Translations under genes and position numbers: made by a program
Shown here: positions 42,146 through 55,600 of the stretch, piece after piece
How the letters are laid out: each line of letters starts with the position of its first letter
How positions within the stretch are numbered: position 1 is the stretch's first letter
Notes under the pieces: model-generated
The model's database searches: none
Told to the model about the DNA's origin: nothing
Seen by the model: the letters and a program-made list of their open reading frames with translations, nothing else
Source: the human T2T-CHM13v2.0 reference genome, Homo sapiens
DNA length: 64,000 nt
Assembly: GCF_009914755.1 (NCBI RefSeq)
Contig: NC_060934.1
Strand: one strand, 5' to 3'

Positions 42146-43808
42146 AAGAACAACGTTTTTATTTTTTTATTTAATTTATTTTTATTTTTTGTTTTTACAT
42201 TTATTTTTTAATCCATTTGGAATTTTTCTTTTTGAGATATATATAATAGGGATGAACTTTTAATTTCATTTTTCTAGACAGGTGTACAGTTACCTTAGGT
42301 ACATATATTGAATTGTTATGTCTCACCAATGCACCACAACGTAGCAGTCTCTCATAGCCCGACGTATCACCCAAAGTTCTTTGTCTCACGACCAAGAAAG
42401 TTAAGGAGCGCCGACGCCAAGGGTATCACTGGACTGAAAATTTAATAAGCAAAAGAAGAAAGCTCTCTGGTGCACAGGGGGGACCCAGAAGAGGGTTGCT
42501 GTTTTTACAGTTGAATGCAAAGGCTTTTATAGGAAACTGATGAGAGCTGGGCATCTTATTTGCATACGGTGCAAATCTGTGGTAGCTCCACCCCGTCCTC
42601 CTAGTGCACACGTAGGCCCTTAGCTTGAGTTACTCCATATTGCTTTGTTTCCCTTACTGTGCATGTGTCAGGGGACAAAATTTTTCATTGTGGGCATGTC
42701 TGGGAAACTCACATGTGTAGCCCTTTTTTTTTTTTTTATACTTTAAGTTCTAGGGTACATGTGCACAACGTGCAGGTTTGTTACATATGTATACATGTGC
42801 CATGTTGGTGTGCTGCACCCATTAACTCATCACTTACATTAGGTGTATCTCCTAATGCTATCCCTCCCCCAGCCCCCCACCCCACAACAGGCCCTGGTGT
42901 GTGATGTTCCCCTTCCTGTGTCCAAGTGTTCTCATTGTTCAGTTCCCACCTATGAGTGAGAACACATGGTGTTTGGTTTTCTGTCCTTGCAATAGTTTGC
43001 TGAGAATGATGGTTTCCAGCTTCATCCATGTCCCTATAAAAGACATGAACTCATCATTTTTTATGGCTGCATAGTATTCCATGGTGTATATGTGCCACAT
43101 TTTCTTAATCCAGTCTATCATGGATGGACATTTGGCTTGGTCTTTGCTATTGTGAATAGTGCCACAGTAAACATACGTGTGCATGTGCCTTTATAGCAGC
43201 ATGATTTATAATCCTTGGGGTATATGTCCAGTAATGGGTTGGCTGGGCCAAATGGTATTTCTAGTTCTAGATCCTTGAGGAATCGCCACACTGACTTCCA
43301 CAATGGTTGAACTAGTTTACAGTCCCACCAACAGTATTAAAGTGTTCCTATTTCTCCACATCCTCTCCAGCACCTGTTGTTTCCTGGCTTTTTAATGATC
43401 GCCATTCTAACTGGTGTGAGATGGTATCTCATTGTGGTTTTGATTTGCATTTCTCTGATGGCCAGTGATGGTGAGCATTTTTTCATGTGTCTGTTGGCTG
43501 CGTAAATGTCTTCTTTTGAGAAGTCTCTGTTCATATCCTTCACCCACTTTTTGATGGTGTTGTTTGATTTTTTTCTTGTAAATGTGTTTAAATTCTTTGT
43601 AGATCCTGGATATTAGCCCTTTGTCAGATGGGTAGATTGCAAAAATTTTCTCCCATTCTGTAGGTCGCCTGTTCCCTCTGATGGTAGTTTATTTTGATGT
43701 GCAGAAGCTCTTTAGTTTAAAGACTTCATGTCTAAAACACCAAAAGCAATGGCAACAAAAGCCAAAATTGACAAATGGTATCTAATTAAACTAAAGAACA
43801 ACGTTTTT
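42146..43808 (-). mobile_element. Composite L1PA (L1PA4-like) insertion: 5'-inverted, 5'-truncated, with a 3' transduction
   Basis: 15-bp TSD AAGAACAACGTTTTT at 42146-42160 and 43794-43808. Antisense L1 3' end at 42724-43720 with its own T tract. Sense L1 piece at 43719-43797. Non-L1 DNA at about 42200-42723 and a second T-rich tail at 42161-42199. Confidence 0.9.
42335..42723 (-). mobile_element. ERV1 LTR fragment (MER61-like) inside the transduced segment
   Basis: ccaagaaagttaaggagcg...aaaatttaataagcaaaagaagaaagctctc...gagggttgc resembles the reverse complement of an MER61-type U5/R region. It is cut off at the L1 tail. Confidence 0.65.
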
Positions 43809-43985
43809 ATTCTGTATCATCAAGGAGGGAACCCAGCACGCCTCTATCCTTTTAAGAGACACGGCAAGCATCAGACCTGAGGGACATCATCATTTCCTTG
43901 CAGCTCAGAATGCACTTAAGTGTCATGTAGTGGGTTTTCTGTTTATGGGTTTGTTTTTTTTTTAGAAAATGTGTTCTTTTCTATC

Positions 43986-44252
43986 TTTTGTTTGTTTTTG
44001 AGACAGGGTCTCGCTGTGTCACCCAGGCTGGATGGAGTACAGTGGCAAGATCTCAGCTCACTGCAACCTCAGCCTCCTGGGTAGCTGAGACTACAGGTGT
44101 GCACCACCACGCCCAGCTAATTTTTGTATTTTTTGTAGAGATGGGGTTTAGCCACTTTGCCCAGGTTTGTCTCAAATTCCTGGACTCAAGTTGTCCACCT
44201 GCCCCAGCCTCCAAAGTGCTGGGATTACAGGTGTGTGCCACTGCGCCCAGCC
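43986..44252 (-). mobile_element. Alu, AluJ-like, with an internal deletion in the right arm
   Basis: gagacagggtctcgctgtgtcacccagg...ctgcgcccagcc. About 30 bp is missing between the two cctc(a/c)gcctcc repeats. Confidence 0.85.
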
Positions 44253-45399
44253 CAACCCTGTCCTTTGTTTCTTACAATATTCAACAGTCAGTCACTTCTA
44301 GCTTTCACTTTGTCCCATAAAAATATTTCATTGAAAATTGCAAGCCATGGCAGTTTGCAGTGTTTCTAAGCTGAGGAGTTCAGCTCCACACCCAACAGAG
44401 CTCCAGCTTCTGGTTTGATTCTTAGAGATAGGAGTGACTTTTTTCAATCATGTACATCATAATTAGGAGGAAGGCATTCAGTCTTGAACATGGGGACAAA
44501 AAAGTGCTGGAGATAGTAGCTTGAGAGTTGCAAATATTTATTTTGATTCTGACTTTAATTCTTAAAAATGTTTGTCAAGAAGACAGTGGTGTGATGGAGC
44601 AGGTCCTTCGGTTACCACAAGCACACACCCTTTCTCTGTAGTCTTATAGCTTGTTTTCTTGGTCGATTGTGCCAGCTCTTATAAAAATATTATGCTCCCA
44701 GGCAAAGGGCCATTTCTGTTGGAATTGTTGAGAAGATTCTTGGCTTAACTCTTGATCCAACTCTGATCAGCTTGGCCAAGACTAGACTTGACAAGTTTGC
44801 TCTGAATTGCCTCATGCTGCTGTGTGGGGTTTCAAATCATTGGCTTCCCAGTGCTTTCTGGGCTAGACCAACAAAACAATGCCTGGGAAAAGAGAGATGA
44901 TAGGCCGTGATAAAACTAAAACTGCGTAATACTGGAATTAACTGAGTTGGCCATGTAGATGGCAAGATATTAAAATTGAGTCCTTGTGTGCCAAAGTCGT
45001 AAACTCATTCAGATAGGCCCTAGGTCTGTGAATGTTTGTTGTTGAATCCTAGGCTCTGGGTGGAACCGAAAGCTGAAAAACATGAAATTCCCCCTCTGTC
45101 CTTTGGATCTTATTCAGACAGTCATTTCCTAGCTATTTCAAGTTTTGATCAAAACAGACACGCAGTAGAAGCCCAGTCTAAAACATCGGTAGTTTATATC
45201 ACATATTTACTTCCATGTGTCTTAAGTGGTTAAGTTGTAGAATTATGTCTTTTAGAGAATGGATGAAGAAGTCTAGGAGTACAATAGGCAAGAGAATATA
45301 GCAAAGTAGTTATATTTTGTCAATTTTAAAGTAAATTCTGAATCATTTTAAGTATATTCAGTAACACCCGTTTGCCCCCACCTTCCTTCCTTTGAGGTT

Positions 45400-46250
45400 T
45401 TCACTTATTCACTCATTAATAATTCATCAGTCTTTGCTGTTTGTGGCATGAGTATGTACAAAAGGCACTGCGGCGTCCATTGCTGTGAGTAATATAGAGA
45501 TGTCCAAAGGTGTGGCTTTACCTGTGGAAACCACAGGACCATACCCAGAGCATTTGGAGGTGCCATATGCTGCTTAAGGGTGGCACATGGAGGGGAGGCT
45601 GGGCTGCACGCATGCTGGTCCTGAGGTGACCCTCTGGCCGCAGGAGAGCTGGAAAGGTGCCAGCCGTGGGTGCCATGCACTTGTCTGAGGCCAGGATGGG
45701 GAGACCACATTCCAGGTACAGGGATAAGAGGAGGAAAGTCCCAGGAGTGGGAAGGCCTGGGGGAAAAGGGGAGAAGGTCAGGGGGAGGCAAGTTGGCCAG
45801 ATCGGCTGGAGCTTGGGATTCAGCCAGGACAGAGCCTGAGCCCCAGGCCAGACTGCAGGGCTGTGCCCAGCACTGGATGCAGAGTTTGGATCTGATTCTG
45901 AGTATGTGGTGATGACTCGGGGAGGCTTGTGAGCAGGATGGTGACAACCAGGCAGGATTTTAGGAAGGTTTGTCTGGTTTTGGCAGGTTCTCTGGATGTG
46001 ACTGGAGTGTGAAGAGGCCAGTTTAGAGGCTCTGGAGGTTGTTCAGAAGTGGCAACAAAAGGGAATGGAAATAAGAGATGTTGCAAAGCAGAAACCAACT
46101 GACATGGAGTGCGGGAGAACTTGAAGGCAGCAGTGGGAACTGGGAGCTGTTCCCGGCATGGGGAGAAGGCTGACGTTGATGTTGCCTAAGGAGTTAGAGG
46201 TGATGACCAGGTTCCAGGTGGCTGATCTGGATAGGCAGCTGCATGGGGCA
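45400..46250 (-). mobile_element. L2 relic
   Basis: Starts with ttattcactcattaataattcatc, which is typical of an antisense L2 3' end, followed by a purine-rich decayed body. Confidence 0.5.
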
Positions 46251-46904
46251 GGAGCCCCAGTGTGGCACAGCTGTGTCTGTCCCCTGCCGGTCCTCAGAAA
46301 GTGACACCTAACACTGTCCCAGTCCACACAGAGCCTTGTCCAGTAGTCAGGGTGAGGTGAGTGGAAGCAAGAAGAGGAGCTGGCAACAGGACTTGGGAGA
46401 GGCGGAGAGCACAGCAGGCAGCTGGGCCCAGACGTCAGCCCCAGGCAGTGTCCTGAAGCAGCGTGTGCACCTGGGCAGTGCAGGCATCGCGAGTAAGAAG
46501 AGGGTGTTAGCTCGGATAACTGGGGCTCCTGAGCAGCCTTCGAGAGGACAGGTTCCTTGGGGCTGTGGGTTTCAAATAACATCATGGAGGAGGGAGCAGA
46601 GAGGCTTGAAAATAAACGGCGGTGGCCGGGGGGAGCACAAAGAAGCCAGGCCTGGCAGTGGCACAGGTGTCAGGGGTTTCATGAAGGAGGGGCCCGGGAG
46701 TGTGCCTGCCACATGGACACTGGAGCGAAGGTGCACCCTGAGGCAGCCCACAGTGAGGAATTCAAACGCAGCTTCCTGGGCTGGATCCTGCAGGGCCTGA
46801 GTTCTCTGTTCCAGGGGCATCTTCATCTGAGGATTTGGGGTGTCCGTGCCCTCTCCTGGTTGAAAGTGTTAGAAGCCACGTTGGAGAGGCCACCACTCAG
46901 GTGC

Positions 46905-47105
46905 TAAAGTTAAAGCTCTAGAGTTTGGTGCCTGCCACTTAGCTGCATGGCCTTGGGAGTTATTCACTCCTCTGCACTTTGGTTTTCTCGTTAATCAAAC
47001 TGGAATCCAGATACTCACCTCCTACCTTGTTATGGGAACTAGACGTGGGCGGTGCACGTGGGGGCACCGAGCACAGTGCCCAGCACCCAGTGGGTGCTCA
47101 GGGGA
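46905..47105 (+). mobile_element. MIR relic
   Basis: ctgccacttagctgcatggccttgggagttattcactcctctgcactttggttttctc...cagtgcccagcacccagtgggtgctca. Confidence 0.7.
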
Positions 47106-47396
47106 TGGCAGCTGCCATGATTTTTGGGACTGAATGCTTTGATACCACCCAAATATATGGTCTGAGGTGGTTGTAAATACAATTAGCAGAGGAGATGATA
47201 CAGATTCAGAGTTGAATTAGGGTTTGAAGAAGGGCTTAGGTCTGGAGCGTTACAGGTGGGAGGACCAGCAGAGAGTGGTCAGGAATCAGGAATGACAGGA
47301 CACACCTGGGGAGCCTGAGCGGCGGCTTCCAGGCAGGGAAGAAAAGCTCGGGGAAGTATGAGTCCAGACCAGGGGCCTATCAGGCGCCTTCTATGC

Positions 47397-47565
47397 AGGG
47401 TCAGGTGGTAAAGAATTATCTCAGCCTTAGTGGGCTAGAAGATCTCTGTCATAGCTATTCAGCTCCGTTGCTTTCTGAGTAAACAAATGGGCGTGGCTGT
47501 GTTCCAATGAAACTTTATTTACAAAAACAGATGGTGGGCCAGTTTGGTATGTGGAGGCATGTTGA
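47397..47565 (+). mobile_element. MER58A-like fragment
   Basis: gtaaacaaatgggcgtggctgtgttccaatgaaactttatttacaaaaacag..tgggccag. Confidence 0.75.
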
Positions 47566-48646
47566 CTATGGACACCTTGAAAATCCCATGTGGCAACAGA
47601 TATGAGCCAAGTGGTGACGTGGAATGCCCCATCGTTGAGGGATGGGGACGCAAGGGCAGCAAGGAGGTCCTGTGGGTCCAGGTGTGGCGTAGGCCCAGCG
47701 TGGCCATGGCATCTGGGGCCTCAGCTGCAGGGTTGCAGTGGAAGGAAGGGGAAAGAAGCTCAGAGTGCATTCTGAGGGTCAAACTGGCCTGTAAGTGACA
47801 AACTGAGGTCACTTCACATGTACATGGAGGGAGACAGGCTGTCTTTGGAGCAGTGTCCATGCAAGCCTGCCTGGAGGGAGCTGCCACCCTCAGCTGCAGC
47901 CCCAGACCTCGCGGTTGCTCTCATCCGTCGTTCCCAGTGTGGGCAGTGACGCAGCACCACGGTAAGTTCTGTAGAGTGGACGCCACTCGCTGGCAAAGCC
48001 CAGCAGGGCAAGGAATAAGTGTCACTCAGTCTTTATCCAGAAAAATCCACCAATGTACTTTTAGTGCAGTATTAACACATGGTAGAAAATGGAATTGCCT
48101 AGAGGATTTTAATCTCTGATGGATTATTCTTGTACCTGTACCTGTCTGATGGTCGTGTAAGTCCATGTTAACAAACCTGGGACCACAGGAAAGGAGAACT
48201 GATGCGAATACAAACAGGTGGAGGATTTCCAGGCGTCAGTGGGGTCTGGGAGACTTTTCCAAGAAGTGTTTTCATTGCAGTTAACATTTTTAAAGATGAA
48301 TATCTCACTATTATAAAGGTCAATGCCACTTCTGTAATATTAATTTGCAATTGAAAGGTATTTTCTTTTAAGAAGTCCCCTTTTTCAAGTTTCTCAAACT
48401 GGAATTTTCTTGAGCATCTAAGAATCCTTTCCTTTCAAAAGATCCCCAAGTTACCCCGGTCTAAGCTAAGAAGGGTTCAGCGTTGGCCGGAAGCATAACT
48501 CTAGCTCTCCAAGGCCTTGGGCTGCGGCAGGGTTTGCATGTCCAGGCAGTAGGTGGAGGCTTCTCTTGGTCAGTGTGTCTGCTCAGGGGGAGGCCTGGCT
48601 GGGGAAGCGGGTAGCAGTTTGGGACCAGAGCTTAAAAGAGAAGGAG

Positions 48647-48943
48647 AGACCGGTGCGGTGGCTCAGGCCTATAATCCCAGCACTTTGGGAGGATGGGGCA
48701 GGTAGATCACAAGGTCGGGAGTTCGAGACCAGACTGACCAACATGGTGAAACCCCATCTTTACTAAAGATACAAAAATTAGCAGGGTGTGGTGGCGCACG
48801 CCTATAATACCAGCTACTCAGGAGGCTGAGGCAGGAGAATCACTTGAACCCGAGAGGTGGAGGTTGCAGTGAGCCGACATCATGCCGCTGCACTGCAGCG
48901 TGGGCGACAGAGTGAGATTCCATCTAAAAAGAAAAAAAAAAAA
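48647..48943 (+). mobile_element. Alu, AluSg-like
   Basis: ggtgcggtggctca...gatcacaaggtcgggagttcgagacc (short gatcac-gagg form)...A tail. Confidence 0.93.
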
Positions 48944-51900
48944 GTGAGACTTTGAAAGTGATGACAGTTTCCACAGTTCCCATGGGCAGGTGGCTCAGAA
49001 TGAGGTGGCCTGAGGCCCACAGTCTGTCCTTGGGGACTGGGTGGCCCCCACGTCCAGGCAGCAGGGAGAGGACGTGCTGGCTGCCAAGATGGGGTGGGAG
49101 AAGCCCAGGGCATCAAGTGCCACGGAAATAAAGCTGGTTGCCTTAGTTGAATGGCGCCTTTGAGTTCCCAGAAGCTCTTCTCAGCGGGAGGCTCCCTGTC
49201 TTTCACCTCTGCTCTTCTGAGGTACCAGTTGAAGGGTTTGGGGGGTGAAATCAAGGCATAGGGCTCCTGGCAACACTACCCCTGGCTCCGGGGTTTGCAT
49301 GCCGGGGCTTCTTCCTTGTCCTGGCTGTCAGAGAACACCTGGAAATAAATGCTGCATTGTTTTGCTGGAAAATCCTGACACCACCTCCTGCCTTCCCCTG
49401 GGAGGGCTGAGACCTGGCCTAGGCATGGAGCTTACGGTCCACAGACCTGCCTGCCTGCAGCATGACAGCCTCCCAGAGGGCTGTATTGATTTTTGAAGAG
49501 GAGGAAAAAGGCATACAAAATTGGACTTGCCAGCCTTCTTTGAGTAGAAATTGGTGCTTCCTAAAGGGAATCTTAATTGGCTAGCTTCGAAGCTAAAATG
49601 TTTTCTCCCCCTTCCCTTCTCAGAACTCTCCAGCCCCCCTGTTTGTTCTTGTGAGACTTTTCCAAGCCCCAGTTACTTTTCTTTCCTGCTTTGGAACATA
49701 ATTGGATTCTTCGCTGGGTAGAGTTTTGCTTGGAAGACCTGAGGGTGTAGCTGAACCAAGTTTGAGCACCCTGGAAGGAAGACAGAAGATGCCGGGAGAC
49801 CAGCCAGCTCAAAGGAGAAAGGGAGGGGGACAGCATCTGAACTCTGGCCTCCAGCATGATTTCATCCTTTAAACTGAAAACCCTGAGTTTCAGTGCCAGC
49901 GACGACACTTGTTGAAAAAGTACAAATGTTTTCTGCTTCTTGTAATCTACTTCTTGCAAATATTAGTACTCTGGAAAAAAGATTTATTTTAATAATGTGA
50001 GTTTCAGATTTTTTTCTGTAGTTAACGTTGTTTTATTACTCTATATCCTTGCCAGAAAGCGTGTTTTAAGAGTTTCAATTCAAAATTAAATATGACCTCA
50101 GTGTTTTAAAATACAATTATATTAACTGTCCATTTAATAGTTGCTGAGGATTTTTTTGGCCACTGATGGATAGTCAAGATACTTGTCTGAGATTAAATGC
50201 AGTATTCTCAACTCTGCTAACCAGCTAACTTGTTCCAGCTGCAGCAATCAACAGGAAAAACAAGGGCTTTCTATGAAGTGAGCTGGAGAAAGTTGTTCCC
50301 GGATAAAATTGCAGTACTATTCTATAAGCTGTGCTTTTCTTTTAAAAACTCCACTGTGTTTCATAATAGGGAACTATCTATTATTTATTTAGAACTGTAC
50401 AAACCAATTTACAAGACAGGTAATTTAGTGACAGAATTATTTATTAATGAGCCCAAGTATACAAGTTAATGGGACCGAGCCCCGTGGAGGTCAATCCTCA
50501 TATAATCCATGCCTTTTGGAAAGAAAAGTATTGTCTTCAGAACATTTAGTTATGATTGTTAAATTTAAATTACGATATATTCTCTTGCTAAGACAAAAAA
50601 TAATTTTTTCTGAATTGCATGATGACAGAGTTAGTCTGTAAGCTGTGTGGAGATGAATTGTGTCAATTAGGGGTAGGTACATCTTAGCCCTGTTGGTACC
50701 AAAAGTATTATTTCTCATTGCATGGGCTCACAGGAGAAAGCAAGCCTGTTCTTTAATAGAGACGACAAATCAGAAACCGCTGCCTGCCTGGGAGATGGAA
50801 CAGTCGTGCAGGCGAGGAGCTCAGAGGGCGGGCGTGGCTTCCCAAGCTCTGGCACAGCCTGCAGGCCTTATCAGGTGCTCTGCTTCTGGGGTACTCGGCA
50901 CTTTGCTCTTCCGGTGGATGGGGGAGGGGCGGGCTGTTCCATGTGACAGCATGTGGGCTTGTCATGATTCGGGGTGACCACTGGCTTCCATTTCCCAGGA
51001 GTGGCTTTGTCCTCGTGGTCTTACGGTATGTTTCCAGTAGATGAGAAGGCATGCCTACAGACAGGGCCTGCTGGTGTCTGCTGTGTGTCATGGGGGGAGG
51101 CAAGGTTTTCCTCACTGGGACCTCTTCACTCCCCCTTTATTAATGACCCCCTGGCTCCTCCCCAGAGGCCCAGAAGCCTAGAGGAGAAATGAGGGTACAG
51201 CATAGATGCCTTAGTGTAACGAGTGGGGCTGCTGGAACTCAACAGACTATTTACAGTTACAGCATGAAGGTGGTGCTTGAAGGATTTGCTGCTTCGTTTC
51301 ATTTTTCTCATTTCATCTCATCATGAAGTCGATTGCATTATATCAGGGGGTGGGGAATGGAACAGACACAGAGGAGAACCCACCAAGTTCTGTGTCTTCA
51401 AACCTGCAGCATTTCCAGGTTCCGACTGCAGAGTCCTATCAAAGTAAGCAAAATTGGAAGTGATGCCCATTTCCTGGGCTTTCACAAACTTTTGTTATTC
51501 TGCAGTCTACCACAAAATCTGAAAAGGCAGAGAAATGTAGCTTTCACTGTTTAGAAAATCTTTGTGAGTTTTTCTTCCCCCTAGGGAATGGTTTTCAGCA
51601 CATTATTCATTGGAAAAATGAAATCTGAAATGTAGGTGTATTTTCAGTGCACGTGCTCCGGAGGAGCCTCAGCACCCTTGTGTCTTGTCTACCCATTCGC
51701 TCAGTGGGCAGGGATTGAGCACTGGGAATGTGCTGGGTCGGAGCCGAGGGCTGGAGGCAGAGTTGGGACCAGCCCCAGGATGGTGCCTGGCTGTTTGTCC
51801 CAGGGCTCACTGGAACAGCCCTCCTGGGCAGCCCTTGGTTGGACTTCTTTACGCAGCCCAGTCCACACCTCACCTGTGCATTCGTCAAGCCATTGAGTGC

Positions 51901-52424
51901 AGTGTTGTGGCCTGAATCACTCCAGGCCTTGCTTTGGAGGGTTGACAGTAGGGGACACGGCAGGCCGGGGGCATTCTGGGACCCAGGTCTCCTGCCTATG
52001 TGGAATACTGATGTGTGTTGTGTGGACAGGTCACTGATGTGTTTAAATGTAAATCTGACCTTCCTTTAAGAGCAATTGGGCAGCAGTCTGGGAGCTTGAG
52101 ACTCTATGATGTGGACACCTAGTATCTCTTTCTGGAAGCTTCTAGTGTATAATAGAAAGTAGGTTGGTTACTCATTCCCATTGTCTTTGAATAATGGGGC
52201 AGTGGGCCTGGATTGTTGTCCTGTGGATTGGGGAAGAGATCATAGAGATCATAGAAGTAACCTTAGAGTAAAAGAAAGTAAATCAAAATGCTATTCTATG
52301 TAGAATATATGCCATCAAGGGCAGAGCATGTGGGCGTGTGGACTTGTCATGATGAGGAGTGACCACTGGCTTCCATTTCAAAGAGGAGAGCTGGAGTGCT
52401 TCTATTCCACGGAGATGCCCCAGA

Positions 52425-52635
52425 CTAAGGTCTTTGGAGTCAGGCTTTCATTCCATTCCTGGGTCTGTCCCTTATGCGTTTGGTAAGTTGTTATTACATA
52501 ACCTCCGGACCTCAGTTTCCTGTTTTAGAAATAGAGATAATGGTACCTCCCCCAAGGGTCTTTGGGAGGAATAAATAGAACAGCTTATAATGGAATGCCT
52601 GGCACATGTTAGGCACTCAGTAAATAGCAGCTGTG
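52425..52635 (+). mobile_element. MIR relic
   Basis: ctttggagtcag...cctcagtttcctgttttagaaatagagataatggtacct...tgcctggcacatgttaggcactcagtaaatagcagct. Confidence 0.8.
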
Positions 52636-55600
52636 CAGTGTTGTGCGAGAGCTTACATCGAGCTGTTTTCCCAGAGTGCATTGATCCTCAACCGTGTTCA
52701 TGTACCCCTGCCCAAGGTGCCATATTGTGTAATGGAGATGTGACGTCGAGGCGCCATGTTGCCTGGAACTTCTGGAGTCAGCCACCTTGCCTGTGGCTGA
52801 CCTTGGCTGTGTTCCTGAGAGAGTGAGGATGTGAAATTGCATGACACAAAGTCGGTCATCTTGTGCCCGTCTCATCTACTCTCACTGGTGGTTCAGTTCT
52901 TCTCTGCCCCTAAATTCTTACATCCCAGAGCAGGTTCTTGGTTGAGACACAGGTGCTTGCCTCAGGTTTCCTTGGAAAACTCCAGTGGCACCAAGCGGTC
53001 AGTAGCCTGTAGCGGCCACTTGCACTGTTGTCCCCTTTTGTGGACGTGGACGTTGACTCTCCATGTCTGGTCTGTGCAGGAAAGAGTGAGTCCTCTCTTT
53101 CTCACTCCAGAGCCTTCAGGGGTACCCACCCTCAGCCGGGCAGGGCAAGCCAGGACAGAGGCTTTGAGGGCATCTGAGGAGGAAACTGCAAGGTGTGCAG
53201 TTTGGCCCAGCAGAGAGAGACCAGAATGCAGAGGGTACTCAGGGCAGGCAGTTGCTACTCTGGGCTGTGTGCGTCATAGCGTTTGCATGACAGACACCAG
53301 CGGTTGACCAAATGCCCCATTTGAAGCCCATGTCCAGGCATGCAGTGTTGATCTCTGTGTATAGATCGACGTGGCTTCTTCTCTAGGGTTGGGGAAGAGA
53401 ACTGTTTAATAATGCACAGTTGCCTAGCCTCAAAGATCCTTTGAGAAATAGCTACTCTGTGCAAGTTTTCAACAATTTGTTTAGACTAATGGAATGACTC
53501 TTTAAAAGTTTATATCTTTACAGATATACAAGCACTTTATTTCTAAGCAACTAATTTAAGCTGGGAAAGAAGAACGTGCCCTCATGTGTGTGTAAAACGT
53601 TAGAAAGCAGCTCTGTTCACTGCCGTGGTGGTGGAAGGCATGTGCAACACAGACATAAGGCTATTTGAACTCTTTATTTGCCACATTTACAATATTAATA
53701 ATAGCGTTTCTAGAAGTTGTCACATCAAGTAAAAGATCTTCATTCCAGGCTGTCTTTAGGGGCCAAATTGAGACTGGATGCATGCATTTAATAAATTGTA
53801 GTCTCACGTAGTCATTTTTGTAAATAATTAGTTTCAGTGAAAGAATAAGTTAGCATATTGTATGCATCTAATGTTGCAAATGTACATACAGCAAACTTTG
53901 CTATTAATCAACAGTCAGGCATCGCAAGTGGGGTCTCATACATAATGAATTGTGCTTAAGCCTCATGGGCTTCTTGATAGAAAAATAAAAGAAAACACAA
54001 GTGCAGTAAGCTTTTGAATAAAATTTAACTAGATTGCTCTGCATCCTGTAATTGTTTTGGAATCTTTAGGGACCTGATCATTCATCTATAGTTTTGGGGT
54101 GTTTTTATCTTCATCTGTCAAATAGTAGAGACTTTTAATGATATGTTAAAATGTTGATAAAATACAATTTTCCTTTTAATGATTTGAACATTTGGAGGGG
54201 GGAGGTAAATAGGCTTTTTAAGGCTTTCTGATCTGCCAAGTATACTATTTGGGTTGTCTTTTAAAAATATTTTCATTATTTCCTGTATTTTTAAGAATCA
54301 ATTATTTTTAAAAAGAAAAATATATATAGTCCTTATGGGGAAGAGTTGAAAATTTACATAAAGTGTTCTCTGTATTTTTGGTGGGTGTTTTAAAATACTA
54401 TGGTAAATACCTTTGCAGTTTTGTTTAGGATCTGACATTAATTTGAGCCCCAGATATTGAGGGCATAGCGTGCCAGTTAAAAATCGGTATCCAGTTTTAG
54501 CAAGATACCTACGACCACCCAGAAAGTAACTTGGAACCTAACTTAATTTTAAATGGCCTCTTTCTCCTCTTCACATTATTGACATTAGTACATGAACCCG
54601 TTGGTGGCCTATAATAGGATCATAAACATAGGATTCATTTTGGGATGGGGTTGAAGGCATAAAAGCAAGGAGTGAGATTTATGTCCACCTTTATTATGAA
54701 CCACACAGTAAAAGTGCAGTAAAGATCTGCTGACTTGACAGCCAGAGCTCCTCACAGCCCTCCTGCAAGCACTCATGGAACCCGGCCTTCTCCAGGAAGA
54801 CCTCCTGTTTACTTCTGCGCTAGGAATGGGCTGTGCTCATCACTTACTTCCCTGTCTTATATGATGTCCTTTTGTACAGAATGCATCTTTAAAATAGGCC
54901 CTACAACTAAACACATAACAGTCAATCAGTAGACTCACCTGTGATAAGTGGGAGGCCCTCTTGTACCAGAAAGTTTAAAAAAAAAAATACATTACTCATA
55001 CCTGTCATTGTTTGTTACGTAAACTTAAGCATATTTTTGATGTTTTGTGCGTGTTTATTCACTTCTTCCTTTCATAGTTGAACACATCTTGTTCTTGAGG
55101 TTGCGTTGGAAATCAGTAGGGTGGCGCATGAATCACTGAGAACAGCCCACAGTGTGTGGTCAGTGCCATCGTCATCATCGTCATCAGCAACGGCAGCTCA
55201 AGACCAGCAAGGCCGCGGTTGTGTCTGTCATGAGCCCGTTGGCATGCCGTTTGTTTTTTATCTTTGCCACAGTTGCACTGTTGAGATCCATGTTTCCTAT
55301 TACTAACATCAGCACTTTTAATTTTCCGTTTCTACTCAGTTTCCTAAAAGAACTATAGAATATTCAAATAATTGCATGCGCTTTGTCAAACGTACATGGT
55401 CATAGTGCCCAAACAGTTGCTGGCCACCACGCAGAGCCACGGAGCAGTCACTGCCATGTTCCTTCGCAGCCTCCTTGGGGCCTCCATGAAACATCGGGGC
55501 CAATGGAAGGCGGAAGTGCTGTTTCTGATGTTGACCTGTGTGTTTGACCCTCACCTTCCCTTCCTGCGCAGTCGGCTGTCAACTCCAGAGGAAGGGACAG

